Part shown: positions 11,990-25,550 of the stretch, piece by piece
How the letters are laid out: every line of letters starts with the position of its first letter
Position numbering within the stretch: position 1 is the stretch's first letter
Source of the DNA: Eledone cirrhosa
Lineage: Eukaryota
Length of the DNA stretch: 64,000 nt
Direction: 5' to 3'
Assembly: GCA_964016885.1 (NCBI GenBank)
Contig: OZ024747.1
Coordinates: forward strand, 65,410,001-65,474,000
Notes under the pieces: generated by a model
Databases searched by the model: none
Seen by the model: the letters and a program-made list of their open reading frames with translations, nothing else
Told to the model about the DNA's origin: nothing
Translations under genes and position numbers: made by a program

Positions 11990-12615
11990 AATGATTTCTA
12001 CTTTTGGCACAAGGCCAGCAATTACCCCCAGCGCATTACTGGTACTTTATTTTATTGACCCCCCCTCCCCTCATCAGGATGAAAGGCGAAGTTAACCTCG
12101 CCAGGATTTGAACTCGGACCGGAAAGGGCCGTAACTTGATGCCGCAAAGCATGGTGTCCGACCCTCTACCGATACTGTCAATCTATAATAATAATTGTTT
12201 CTACTTTTTGGCACAAGGCCAGCAATTATCCCAGTGCATTACTGGTACTTTATTTCATCGACCCCCATAAGGATGAAAGGCAAAGTTAACCTCAGCGGGA
12301 TTTGAACTCAGACCGTAAAGGGACGTAACTATGCTGGAAAGCATGGTGTCCGACTCTCTACCGATACTGCCAATCTATAGTAATAATAATAATAATAATA
12401 ATAATGGTTTCTTATATAGGGCACAAGGTCACCAATTTTGGGGGACGGGAAAGTCGATTAAATCAACCCCAGTGCATTACTGGTAATTTATTTTATCGAC
12501 CTCCATAAGGATGAAAGGCAAAGTTAACCCTGGCAGGATTTGAACTCAGACCGCAAAGGGCCGTAACTCTATGCTGCAAAGCATGGCGTTCGACTCTCTA
12601 CCGATACTGCCATTT
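11990..12615 (-). mobile_element. Three tandem tRNA-SINEs with a Deu/Nin-like domain
   Basis: On -: GGCAGTATCGG A box, GAGTTCAAATCC B box, TTTGCCTTTCATCCTT..GGTCGATAAAATAAA(G/T)TACCAG. Further copies near 21950-22125, 23370-23520, 29010-29370, 35188-35376, 54812-54995 and 59375-59670. Confidence 0.85.
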
Positions 12616-13100
12616 TATAATAAGACTGAGTGAAAATACACAATTACAAAACCAATTTAACAATGAAAAAATATAAAAATATAATATATATAAAATAATC
12701 AATAATAATAACAACATATAAGTCATTGCCAGGTGTTTTAATGATTATTAACATTTAGTTCCAAAAACTTTTAATTGTTCTCAAGAAACTCAATGAACTT
12801 TAAAACACATGCACACACAAATTCATATACACATATACATATGCACATACACATATACAGACACATACGTATGCATCTACACAGACACAACAGATACAGA
12901 CATACATATGCACATACACACATGCACACACAAGCAAACACATATGCATACACAAACAAACATACAGATACACACATACATACACATAGACACACAAATG
13001 CACACATAGACTTACAGATACACAGACAAACATGGGTATGCACATATGAACACATACATATGTCCACACACACACATGCACATTAGTTACCATATTTTAA

Positions 13101-13518
13101 CCCTTTAGTTACCAGCCTGGCCAAAACCAGCTCTGGTTCTATGAAACAAAACCACTCATATTAAAATCTTCCAGCATAATTTTATATAAGAACTTTACAT
13201 TAAGTTAATATCTTAGTAATAACATAATTAATAATTTTAGAAAATCCGTCAAAATCCTTCATTAACCCTTTTAGTATTTAAACCAACTGTACCAGGCCAG
13301 AATTCTCTCACCTCTTTCTGTTCAAACCAGCTGTAACCATCCACTCCTACCGATGTTAAGGTATTGTTCTCAAAATAAATAATATCAAAATCTCATAGAT
13401 TCGATATTATGTGAGATAAAGCCTTTACCATGAAAATACAATAGTATATATAGAGTAATGTAAAGGATTAATTAATTAACATAAAGTGTATTTCATTAGA
13501 AATGAGGTCATGAAAGGG
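13101..13518. mobile_element. piggyBac-type MITE with a nested MITE (13266-13467)
   Basis: TTAA|CCCTTT...AAAGGG|TTAA; nested element is homologous to 60364-60596. Confidence 0.8.
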
Positions 13519-13645
13519 TTAAATGAGTAATTTAAGTGATATTTGACTGTTGATTCCATCAGATCAAGCCACCATATTGTAGTGCCTTCATTAGCAGGAG
13601 AATATGATGGATAATAGATAGGAAACAAATATAGAAATAACATAC

Positions 13646-13730
13646 CTGTGATTCATTTGGTAAGAGGTTGCCTGTTTTACCACGAACGTCAATAAATCTA
13701 TTGTCACTATTCTTCCAGTTCCAATCATAA
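13646..13730 (-). CDS. CFAP65: CFAP65-like exon E (YDWNWKNSDNRFIDVRGKTGNLLPNESQ)
   Basis: tttctag acceptor and CAG|gtatgt donor; 85 nt, phase 2 to 0; resembles recalled 'FEW...RGLIQPNE'. Confidence 0.9.
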
Positions 13731-13844
13731 CTAGAAAGGTAAAAAGATTTAAAAATTAATATCTTATGACATGATTGATTGATTAGTTCAGAAATTGATG
13801 AAGTTAAATTGATTGTTATGATAATTTAATGTAATAATAATGAA

Positions 13845-14210
13845 AATTATTGTGTACAGTGCTCAGGTGCACTACAACTCATCAAAGGTGCATATATAGT
13901 ATATAGAATAATGTACACATGTCAGGAAAGTGAACAGTGTATGAGACATGATATACACACATGCATGAGTATGGAGGGGGAATATCAGGTGTAGTGTTGG
14001 CAAATTTCAGGAAGCCTGGAAGATTTGAAAGATGCAGTGTCCCGGCAGCTAACAGCCGATGCAGGTAGTTTGTTCCATGCTTCAGCAACTCTGAGTATGA
14101 AAAATTGTTTCCAAAAGTCATGGAAGTTGTGCTGTTTTCTGATTTTGTAAGCATGTCCACGTGGAATTCAAAAAGATGTTCAGGGTTGTTGTTGGCAAGA
14201 AGGTTGATAA
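13845..14210 (-). mobile_element. CR1 3' fragment
   Basis: Reverse-complement homolog of 11255-11590. Confidence 0.8.
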
Positions 14211-14339
14211 TTTTGTCGGTGATTTAATGTATCCATGCCTAAGGAAGCAAGGCAATCAGAGTATGGCAGAAACAAACCTTTATATTACCAAATCGCCTAA
14301 AAGAACCTCTGGTTCTACAATAAAGGTTAAAGAACTCAT

Positions 14340-14610
14340 TCGGTCATGAATGACAATAGGATTTGTACCTAGAAAGTTTCCCTCTAAGGTACATGCCCAG
14401 GTAGTGCTTGACCAGTAGTCCATCATGCATACCAATCTCCCCTTTCCATGCCACAGATGTTGTCCAAGGGAAAGGTAAAGGCCAATGAAGCTTTCTACTA
14501 GTGACATCACAACTCATTTCTACAAAGGTCGCAACACACCAACCTGTCTGTGATTCAAACTCACAACCTCGTGATTGTAAATCCAACTCTAACCACTAAG
14601 CCATGCACCT
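14340..14610 (-). mobile_element. tRNA-SINE
   Basis: GGTGCATGGCTTAGTGG A box and GAGTTTGAATC B box on -; same family as 57380-57730. Confidence 0.7.
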
Positions 14611-14967
14611 TCTACAATAGAAAGCTGATTATTTTTAAATATTTTTCTCTAAAATACTTCCATCATAACTTTATGTCATTTATTTTTCTGTGTACAGAAG
14701 AACAGTTGAAAGTATTTACACTTCGCACTTCATTCTTTTCACAGCTAAGGCTTCTCATTTAAAACCAGTAGTCATATCAACTGTTATATCTACTGTATTT
14801 ACCAAATACATTGTTCTTGCATAAATATTTATTAAGTATTTAATTACATCACCAAACGTGAATTTCGTACAAATTTGAGAAGCCATTTTGTCTACTTTTG
14901 ATATATATATTCTGTGTGTTAAATGTTGCATTACTACAATAATTTACCTTCATACATAGTAACAAAG

Positions 14968-15549
14968 TACCATTTTTTATGGCTTATAAGACACATGGGC
15001 TTATAAGATGCACCTCAATTTGGGCAGGCATTTAAAAAAATAAATGGGTTTAAAGTATGAAAGTCAGGTGAAAGTTTGTACATTATATTATTTATTACCA
15101 TTCTTACATCATAATTCTAGTTGTAATATTTTAGTACATTTTGAAAACATAACTAAGTGTGAAAATAAATATGCATAGTTAAAAATAATTATGCATAATT
15201 AAGCATCATCACTTAATTTTCTTCCTGCCTTGTGTTATTTTATATGAAATATTGGTAAGTAATAATATTATACATTGTTACTTTAGAAGTACCAGTAAAT
15301 ACTACTATAATACAATGTCACATTAGAAGTATTGGTACGTCAGAAAAGAGTTGCCATTGTTGGTGTAGAAGCAATCGCCACCTTGTTTACATTTGCAGTG
15401 ATGTCTGCAGTTTAATTTAAGGGCCACTGCAGCACTAGAACTCCAATAGCCAGTAACCCAAACTAACAAACCTTATAAGACACGGGTTGGTTTTTCTGGG
15501 ACATTTCTTGGAGACAAAAAGTGTATCTTATAAGCCGTCAAATACAGTA
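14968..15549. mobile_element. pogo/Tigger-like MITE
   Basis: TA-flanked imperfect TIRs CCATTTTTTATGGCTTATAAGACAC / GTATCTTATAAGCCGTCAAATACAG. Confidence 0.7.
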
Positions 15550-15832
15550 TATTTTTCATGTGATGAAGACATTAACATATGACAGGCACCAAGATAATCT
15601 CTTGTTTTGCTGTATGGGGAGGAAAGAGTTGAAATAGTTTACATTTCATTCTTCATTCTTTTCACAGTGAATTCTGCTTTGAATTCAAAAATATTAATTA
15701 TGTAGATTATATCTACATAAACTATATTTTCCTCTTTCATTCTCTCTCCCCCTTTCTCTCTCACATGCAAGCATGGAAAAGCGGATATATAATATGATGG
15801 TGATACATATTTATGTGCGTTTGTGTGTGTGT

Positions 15833-15883
<51 letters not shown>

Positions 15884-17644
15884 AATATACATATTTATGA
15901 GTGTTTGTGTGTGTGTATATATATATATATATATAGAAAGAGAGAGAGAGGGAGAGAAAGAAATATACATATTTATATGTGTTTGTGTGTGTGTGTGTGT
16001 GTGTATACATATTTATGTGTGTTTGTGTGTGTGTATATATATATACACACACACACAAGCAGTGTGTGTATATATATATACACACACCTTTGCAAGCATG
16101 GAAAAGCGGACATAAAATGATGATGATGATGAGGGAGAGAGAGAGAGAGAGAGAGAGAGCAATATGTCTGTGAATGTGTATTTTTTCTGCAGTATTTCCC
16201 TCCAGCTTTGCAAATAAGGAGAGACAAAATTGGTCATTCTACTGGTATTACCAAAACTATTTCTAAAATCATTGTCTTTTCTTCTAGAATATTTAGCCTC
16301 AAACTTCAAACTCGTATATGGCAATCAATAAATAAATGCATGAATACACATATACATATCCATACATACATACACACACACACATACATAGTCTAAAATA
16401 TATAAATATACATACATATACATACATATTTATAAATACACAGACAAGTATATATGTATATTCACACACACACATAAATAGTATGAAATTTATAAATAAA
16501 CATACATATTTATAAATACACACACGTGTGGAAGATAGACGTTAAACAATGATGATATATATATATGGTGGCTGCCAACTCGTTTTTGAGTACGGTCACT
16601 ACTTTATATCCATGTAGGAGAACCCCTACCGATGCGCTGAACGAGTGTGACTTTTTAGTCCAGCCAGCGACTTGAAAACTCTGGTACAAACACTACATCT
16701 GTGACAAATATTGACACATAGTGCTAGGCCCATGGTACCATGTGACAACAAGTGCAGGGAGATCTCCAGATATAAATCAATGCCTGTGCCGTGAAGCTTT
16801 TATAGTGAGCAAAGGCACTGCACAAAGCCAGTCCTACTCTCTTGACCAAGATGATATTTACCAAAAAGAAGAACAAGTCAACATCATTGGATACCATCAG
16901 GGTTGCAGGTGTTATATCAGAGTTTTCCTTCTCCTAGAATTCTGCCTTGACAAAGGCTAAGGGGTCATCTCTCCCGGTGATTTTGGATGGCCATTGACTC
17001 TTAAGAGCTCCTTGTATGTATATATATATAAATACACACACACACATATATACACATATATAAAGCCAAATATACCTATGTGTATATATGTATATAATTA
17101 GATTATACATATATAATAATAAAAGTACACACATATAAAGGATTTATTTATATATCTATATATATTATATTATATATGTGTGTGTGTGAGAGAGAGAGAC
17201 AGTGTGTGTGTGTGTGCGTGAGACATGTGTTAGATATATTATGAAATGCTACTATTTGTTTTTTATGCACAAGATTTTATTCAGACAAAATTTGCACCAT
17301 ACCTCACATACATATATATATATATATATATAAAAGTGGAAGCTTAGTAAAATCGAAGCTTTGGCTGTGGCCAAGCAAAGTCGACCTACAATTAGGAATT
17401 AGCAGCAAAGCACTCAATAAGGTGGCCCTTAGAGTAATAACATATATTTAGACAGCTTGACAAATTGAAAATTGCGGCAGGCAGACCTAGCCATACAATA
17501 CCAAAAACAACGAAAAAACTAATCAGGTTAGACAACTGACCTGGACATATCGAACGATATTTTGCAATACGTCCAATAGGTTTCTATGAAACCGAAATCA
17601 TCCATCCACCTTACGTAATGTGTAAATATATATATAGATAGATA

Positions 17645-18165
17645 TGTTTCTTTATTAGCCACAGGGGCACAAAAGAAGGGGACAAATACAAAGGGGGAAG
17701 TTTACATACAATAAAAACGTGTAAAATATTATTACAAATGTAATTTAAAAGTTAATCGATTTTCCCCAATAGGGGGAGACATTTCATATGGGTAACACAT
17801 ACTCCCGAAAAAAATATGCAACCCTCATCTCCAGGAGTACGAAGAAGAGTTTGTACGCCTTTCCTCTCTTCCTCCTTTTCCTCAACCTACAGGTTGATAT
17901 AGATAGATATATTTCTTTATTAGCCACAGGGGCACAAAAGAAGGGGACAAATACAAAGGGGGAAGTTTACATACAATAAAAACGTGTAAAATGTTATCAC
18001 AGATGGAATTTAAAAGTTAGTCGATTTTCCCCAATAGAGGGAGACAGTTTATATGGGTAACACATACCCCCGAAAAAAAATGTGCAACCCTCATCTCCAG
18101 GAGTACGAAGAGCTTGTACTCCTTTCCTCTCCTCCTCCTTTTCCTCAACCTACAGGCTGATATAG
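17645..18165 (-). repeat. Head-to-tail dimer (about 265-bp unit) of a retroelement 3' end
   Basis: Two similar units, each ending GTGGCTAATAAAGAAA on -; related terminus at 54740-54800. Confidence 0.7.
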
Positions 18166-18188
18166 ATAGATAGATAGATACACATACA

Positions 18189-18227
<39 letters not shown>

Positions 18228-18899
18228 TTCATTGTTTATGCAGATTCAATATGTAATTTTGTTGAAATTCCTTGCTTCAGGACACATATTGCTAGGCATA
18301 TTTCAGTGCGAAAGGTGATCAGCGCATTATTATTATTATTATTATTACTATTATTATTATTACTACTACTAAATACACATATATCATCATCATATACATA
18401 TATCATCATACATTTTCCATGCTAGCATGGGATATATGAATTGTCCTGTTGTGAGACAAATCAGATCAGATGACCGTGTCTTTCTCATACAGAACCATTT
18501 CTGGCTTGGTTTCTATGACTAGATGCCCTTCCTAACGCCAACCATGTTTTCAGTGTGGACTGGATGCTTTTTATCATGGCACCAAAACACACACATACAC
18601 ATATAGATATATATATAACACATGCAAGAATGGAAAAACAGATGTAAAACATGGATACATATATCATATGCATGTATATATAAGAAGAAAAAAGAATTGG
18701 CAAGTCATATATTCACTAGAATTTCACAAACATGGAAGCATTTGCCTGCATCATACCAACTGACATAATTGTGTCGACATCTGATGATGTCACACCAGTG
18801 CCGATTGCTGTTGTAATGATTACATAACAGCTCCACACTGATATCACTGAAATACATATAATCCAATAAATATGATTATATAACATCCGCTATAATGCT

Positions 18900-18978
<79 letters not shown>

Positions 18979-18990
18979 CATATATATATA

Positions 18991-21855
18991 TGAAAACAGG
19001 GAGAAAGAGACGATTATGAGGAAGAAAAATATTTTTTTTTCCTTTTTTGTTTCTCTCTCTTATTTCTGGGTTAGAAAATGATTAAAACGAAATGTTTTAC
19101 TTTGTGTGAAGTGTTAAGGTATTAGTTGATTTATTTATTATTTAACAATGGCATTTATTTATCTATTTATCTATTTAATTATTGTCTATTACCGGTTTCA
19201 GCATATATATGCATTATCAAATGATAGTGAAATGTATTAGTGTGGTGTCGCACATGTTAAACAGAAGGTGCAGAAAGAATAATGTTATATACAAACAAAG
19301 TTTCACATGTGGTGCCTGCTATTATGGGTCTTAATTTAAGGTCATCAGGAGGGGCTATATTGATGTAAACGTCTGTGGCTTGCTTGCAGGCCCTGCCTAT
19401 TACTTCGCTTTTGTGTGTCTTGGGGATACCGTAGAAGAGGCTGGTTCTGCTTTTGAAATTGGTGATGTAGTTGTATTCCTTGTCTGTAAGGCCTTCTTTG
19501 TAAAGGGTTGTTAGGGATTTTAGGTTTCTCATTATTTTCTGTTGTGTGTAGTGTTGGGCCTTTTCATAATATGTTTGGTTTTCTAGAGTTGAGAGTACTA
19601 GAGTTGTGTAATAATCTGTCTCCACATGTGAAACCCACATGTGAAACCCACCGCCTAAGCAACTTCCTAGATATTCTGCTTAAACCTTTCCTAAAACATA
19701 TAAAAAGCTTCATAAGGGATGACCTTGACATGCTCAACCACCTCCCAACAACACTCAATAACAAACATACCCTATTAGTAACCTTTGATGTCATCAATTT
19801 ATATTCCAATATCCCACACAACCTAGGTATAGAGGCAATACAATTCTGGATGGAAAATTTCCCTAGTGAACTTCCACAGCGCATCCCTAAAGAATTTGTG
19901 TTGGAGGGACTCAAATTCATCTTGGAAAACAATTTCTTTGAATTCAATGCCAAATACTACAGACAGAAATCTGGGACTGCCATGGGCACGAAAGTGGCCC
20001 CCTCATACGCCAACCTTGTCATGGGATATTTGGAAACCATTCTCTACCGCAAAGTTCTAGACAAATACGGCAACCACTTCTACCAACACATAGAAAAGAA
20101 CTGGAAGAGATATCTGGACGACTGCTTCATCCTCTGGCATGAAAGTATAGAAAGACTGTTTGAGTTCAAAACCCTTCTGAATGGGCTCAACACTAACTTA
20201 CAATTCACAATGGATTACAGCCATGAACAACTCCCTTTCCTTGACATCCTCATCAAGAAAACAAGCAACAAAATAGAAACAGACATATGATTATATAACA
20301 TCCGCTATAATGCTTATTTCATATATATACTACAAACCCACAGACTCCAAACAATACCTTCCATTCAACTCGTGCCACCCTAGACACACCAAAATGGCAA
20401 TTCCTTATAACCTAGCCTGAAGGATCTGCACAATAGTTTCAGATAAATACACATGCTACACATGACTAGAAGAATTAAAAAACACACTTATCAGCAGAAA
20501 CTAGCCACCATCCCTAATCACCAATGGATTCCAACGTGCCCTAAAACTAGACATCGAGGAACTCAGACACCCCAAACCCAGGAGTGAACCGCAACAAAAA
20601 TCTCTACCATACATCTCCACACACAACCCCCTCAACAATGAGGCATTCGACACCATCCTCCAGAACATTCCTTTACTAAAAAGAGACCCAAGAATGAACA
20701 ATATCCTCCAAACACACAACATCATAAAGAGCAAAAGACAAACCAAATCCATAAAAAACATCCTCACACAAGCCAAAATCCAACAAACCCTCACAATGAA
20801 CCCTACAGTAATAAAATGCGGAAGGCCCAACTGTGGCATATGCATAACTCTAATAGAAGATTCAACATTCCATTTTAAACAAGGACAACGTTTCACAGTT
20901 AAACACAACTTTACATGTGCATCTGAAAACCTTATCTATGTTTTGTCATGCTCAGGTTGTCAAGAGCATTACATAGGACAGACAAAAAACAGCCTCCGTC
21001 AACGTATGACCGTCCATAAATCACAAATTAAAATACAGGAATACAGAAAGATTGCATTTAGTGAACATATCGCCAATTGTGCTCTCAACCAACATCCAAA
21101 CTTTAAAATTTTCCCCATTTACAAATTCATAGACAATGCTACTTTCATCCAACGTACCAATAAGGAAACACATTTTATTAATAAATTTCAACCACTACTC
21201 AACGCCCTAAAAATCGGACCAATCTAAAACTGCAACAAACCATCAAACACTTACAAGAGTTACCTCCCTCACACCCTACTTAATCCTTTTTCTTAAATAA
21301 ATTAAATATCACCCAGCAAGAATTGCTTCCCCCTGCATATTAACTCTCTAAAAAGGGAAATCATATCAAACCACAGTCCACGGAACCATGGTTCAACTAA
21401 GCACTCTTGCGATATTAACACATTTTCAACTGCTTAACTTCAATGACTATGCTGGTAAATAACATTATTTTTTCTTCCACATTGACTTTTTACGTTCCAC
21501 ATTATGCACGTTTTTTTTTCCTTTTTCTTTTTTCTTTTCACTTCTTAAAACCTTGTTTGTATATAACATTATTCTTTCTGCACCTTCTGTTTAACATGTG
21601 CGACACCACACTAATACATTTCACTATCATTTGATAATGCATATATATGCTGAAACCGGTAATAGACAATAATTAAATATATAAATAGATAAATAAATGC
21701 CATTGTTAAATAATAAATAAATCAACTAATACCTTAACACTTCACACAAAGTAAAACATTTCGTTTTAATCATTTTCTAACCCAGAAAAAAGAGAGAGAA
21801 ACTAAAAAGGAAAAAAATATATTTTTCTTCCTCATAATCGTCTCTTTCTCCCTGT

Positions 21856-21860
<5 letters not shown>
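18991..21860 (+). mobile_element. Penelope-like element (RT and GIY-YIG) with inverted pLTRs, rearranged and defective
   Basis: RT motifs FDVINLYSNIP, GTAMG and RYLDD; GIY-YIG LIYVLSC...HYIGQT; inverted arms 18991-19298 and 21553-21860; in-frame stops after 20400; (TA)n flanks. Confidence 0.95.
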
Positions 21861-21887
<27 letters not shown>

Positions 21888-22139
21888 CCTAACTCGTGTG
21901 CCTCCTCTCCACATTTTATTATTATTATATATATATATATATATATTTGCAGCATCAGTAGAGGGTCGGACGCCATGCTTTGACACAGAGTTACGGCCCT
22001 TTCCATTCTGAGTTCAAATCCTGCCGAGGTTAACTTTGCTTTTCATCCTTACGGGGTTGATAAAATATAGTACCAGTAATACACTGGAATAATTGCTGGT
22101 CTTGTGCCAAAAGTAGAAACAATTATTATTATTATTATT

Positions 22140-23328
22140 GTTCTTTGAGTCTCAGTCATTGATGTTAGTTAACTGGAAAGTTTGTTGAAATGAATATCAA
22201 GCCACTACCTGCAGCCTCAGATATTCAGGACGTATCCGGGGCGGGCCAATTTTCTTTAACCATCCCTGGAAACTCTTTGACATAGTACCTAGTGCGCCTA
22301 TGACAATCAGGACCACTTTGACTTCATGGCAGTTCCAAATCCTTTTTACCTCCCACTTTAAGTCCTGGTATCGGTTAATTTTCTCCCTCTCCTTCTCTTG
22401 CACTCTCGTGTCGAATGGGCAGGCCACATCCACAATCAGGCACGATCTTTTTTCCTTGTCCAAAACCACCAGGTCAGGTCTATTGTGTTCCAGTTTCTTG
22501 TCCGTCTGTATCCTAAAATCCCACAGCACCTTCACCTGAACGTTTTCTTTCACTCTGGCTTATGCTCATACCACTTCTCAGAATGTGGTAAATTGTTTAC
22601 TTTGCATAGGTGCCAGTGGATCATCATGTCTCCAGCCTTTATAGTGAGTCTGGGCTATGTGTTTACACTCGGATACAATGTGAGCCACAGTCTCCTCTCT
22701 CTCTCCACAGATCCTGTACAGTGGGCTAGCCTCCTCCTTGTAAATATGGTGTTTCAGCCACTTCGTTTTGAGGGCCTGCTCTTGCGCAGCCATTAGCATT
22801 CCTTCTGTAGCCTTTTTAAGGTCTCCTTTTTTCAACCAGTTCCATGTCTGTGGATCTCTGAATTCAGTTTTCTCAAAGAAGGTACTATGAAGGGATTTTT
22901 CATGAAGGCTGCTCTTTCTCCTTGTTGTTATTTCCTCCTTGGACATCCCCTGGTCTATTGTCCTCTCCTTCAGTACAATTCTGAGCATTGGCTCCTTACT
23001 ATCAGTCACGTATTTGTGTAGGTTGTTTTTCTCCATCTGAACACAGTCCTCTATGCTGATAAGACCTCTTCCACCTTCAGATCTCCTTAAGTAGAGTCTA
23101 TTGACATCACTCCTCTTGTGGAACATGTTGTAGATAGTTAATAGCTTCCTAGTCTTCCTATCCATTTCTTTTTGTTCAGCAACATTCAATCTCAGAATTC
23201 CCGCACTGTACCTAATAATAGACACAGCTCGGGAATTTACTGCACTTATGGCATTCCTACTGTTCAGATGTGACTAATACGCTCCTTACTCTCCGAATGT
23301 ATTCAGATCTTATCAATTCCTTCATTTT

Positions 23329-23332
<4 letters not shown>
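22140..23332 (-). mobile_element. R4/Dong-clade non-LTR 3' fragment (restriction-like endonuclease)
   Basis: C..C..ETVAHIVSEC knuckle remnant and LWDF...HNRPDLVV..D motif; (ATT)n on both flanks. Confidence 0.88.
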
Positions 23333-23369
<37 letters not shown>

Positions 23370-23987
23370 GGGCAGTGGATTTGCAGTATCAGTAGAACAT
23401 CAGACAATATGCTTTGTGGTATATGATTACGTCCCTTTATTTTCTGAGTTTAAATCCTACTGAGGTTAGCTTTACCTTTCATCTTTACGAGATCGATCAA
23501 ATAAAGTACGAGTAACACATTAAATCAGAAACCATAATCTTTATGGTATTTGGGGCCATGGATTAGCAGACTCATTAGAGCATTTGGAATATACCTAGCA
23601 GTATTTGCTATGGCTCTTTACTTTCTATGTTGAAATCCCTTTGAAGTCAACTTTGCTTTACATCATTCTAAGGTCAATAAAAGTAAGTAGTAAAGTACTG
23701 GGTCAATATTACTAATTTCTCCCCTCCCCCAAAATTGTTAGCCTGGTGCCTAAATCAGAAACCAATATTTTACTTTTGAGAGCAGTGGATTGGCAGAGTC
23801 AGTAGAGCATTGAGCAAAATGTCCTGTAACATCCAGCTTTGCCTTTCATCCTTCTGGGATTGACAAAATAAAGTACCATTTAAATAATCGACTTTTTCTT
23901 CTCCTAAATTGCTGGCCTTGTGCCTAAATTAGAAAACACTATTCTTATTCATTTTATAGATAAATTCATAGTAAAAGTTTCACTTAC

Positions 23988-24127
23988 TAGAGAATTTTCC
24001 TTGTCATATTCTTAAATGAATAAAGAGCATCAGATTTTGTTCCAATACATGTTGGCTTGAAGAAAACATTTTTGTCATTGTCTAGTTGGACTGCTGGTTC
24101 TTCACACCAGCCATATGCATTTATACT
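23988..24127 (-). CDS. CFAP65: CFAP65-like exon D (SINAYGWCEEPAVQLDNDKNVFFKPTCIGTKSDALYSFKNMTRKIL/Y)
   Basis: ttctag acceptor and gtaagt donor; 140 nt, phase 0 to 2; FKPTCIG resembles recalled 'LYFKPTWVG'. Confidence 0.92.
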
Positions 24128-24461
24128 CTAGAAGATAATTGAGAAAATATTTTGATAAGATGACATACAAAGAAGGTTAGTTAAGATTGGTTAAAGCAAC
24201 AGAATTCACAGGCAAATAGATTTGCCAGAGAAGTCTAGCTCACCACCATCGTCACACTCCATTTTTTTTTACTTTTGAAAATGGGATCTTAACCCAGAAA
24301 TATAATGAAATATAAGGTAGGGTGTAAACTTTCGTTTTATTTGTCTTAATTTTTAGTCATTTGCTATGATATTGGGTAGACTTGAGATGTCTGTGTAAAG
24401 TTGGAATTGAATTTCAGATATATTCTGCTTCAGTTTAATAGGTTTTGGGGGCTTTTTTTAA

Positions 24462-24592
24462 TCCTCTGAAGATGAAGATGTACAAACTATATCTCTATAT
24501 TATTTTGTATGTATAGATCTTGATTATATGAATTTTCACATAACATTTTTCAAATAATTTAATGTATATCTCGCTTGAAATATGTGTAAGGA
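24462..24592 (+). ncRNA. Candidate hammerhead ribozyme with long stem II
   Basis: TCCT-CTGAAGA...GAAA-TATGTG-TA-AGGA; stem II pairing is weak. Confidence 0.4.
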
Positions 24593-25280
24593 ATTAAAAA
24601 ATGATTTTAAAGCAGCACTATTGTAGTACCATGCTATAGAATAGCTCTACCATCACTATTGTAGTACCATGCTATAGAGTAGCTCTACCATCACTATTGT
24701 AGTACTATGCTATAGAATAGCTCTACCACCACTATTCTATCATCACTAGTTTACTGTTTCTCATCATTACCATATCCACCAGAAGAGCTTTTGCTAATTT
24801 TACTATTTTATTAACTGTTATTTCATTAACTGATTTCCAGTCATTTCATCATAATCATCTTATACATCATCTCCACTGTTTCCTCAGCCTCACTATCCTA
24901 AATACCACCATTATCTGCCATCTATTCACTAAATACTTTATCTTTATTCACCTCTATTAATTAATACACACTTACTAACCCACCTAATTTATTTTCTTTA
25001 CCATTTCTACTCTATTCACTTCATTTATCATCATCTCCTATTTATCATCATCATAAACTCCATTACTATCTACCACCCTCATCTTCATCATAATCAGTTT
25101 TAATCTACCCAAAGTATCTTTAGCATTCTATTTAATAGATACCTACTCAACCCAGGTTCATATAAATTACTTAACCCACACTATCATCATCATCATCATC
25201 ATCACCATCTTATAAACATCTGTATCTTACTTGAAGACTTCTTTCTTGTCAACACTTCTTCCCACTCCTACTATAGTGTC

Positions 25281-25550
25281 TTCTTCTTCGCCCATTTATT
25301 CATGAGAGGGTCATGGCAGTAGAGTCCTCAATCACTTCTTCCAGCGGGTCCTGTCAGAAGTAACCATCTCCAATTGATCCAGCCGGATCCCCAACCCTGA
25401 CCAGCCAAGCTCATGGATGTTATCCAACCATCTTGCTCAGGGTCTACCCCTGGGTCTCCTACCTGTTGGTTTTGCCCATAAAATATGTCCAGTGATTCTT
25501 TCCTGAGAATGCCTATAGTATCGGAGCTGTGATCTCTCAATTTGGAGAAG
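25281..25550 (-). mobile_element. Short RTE-like 3' fragment with (GAA)n tail and 12-bp TSD
   Basis: Encodes RPRGRPRTRWMD; TSD TACTATAGTGTC at 25269-25280 and 25551-25562. Confidence 0.8.

Noticed and set aside
21625-21665. Hammerhead in the pLTR of the 19-21 kb Penelope
   Set aside because: GAAACCGGTA and a stem II are present, but the CTGANGA core reads TTGATAA; too degenerate to call.
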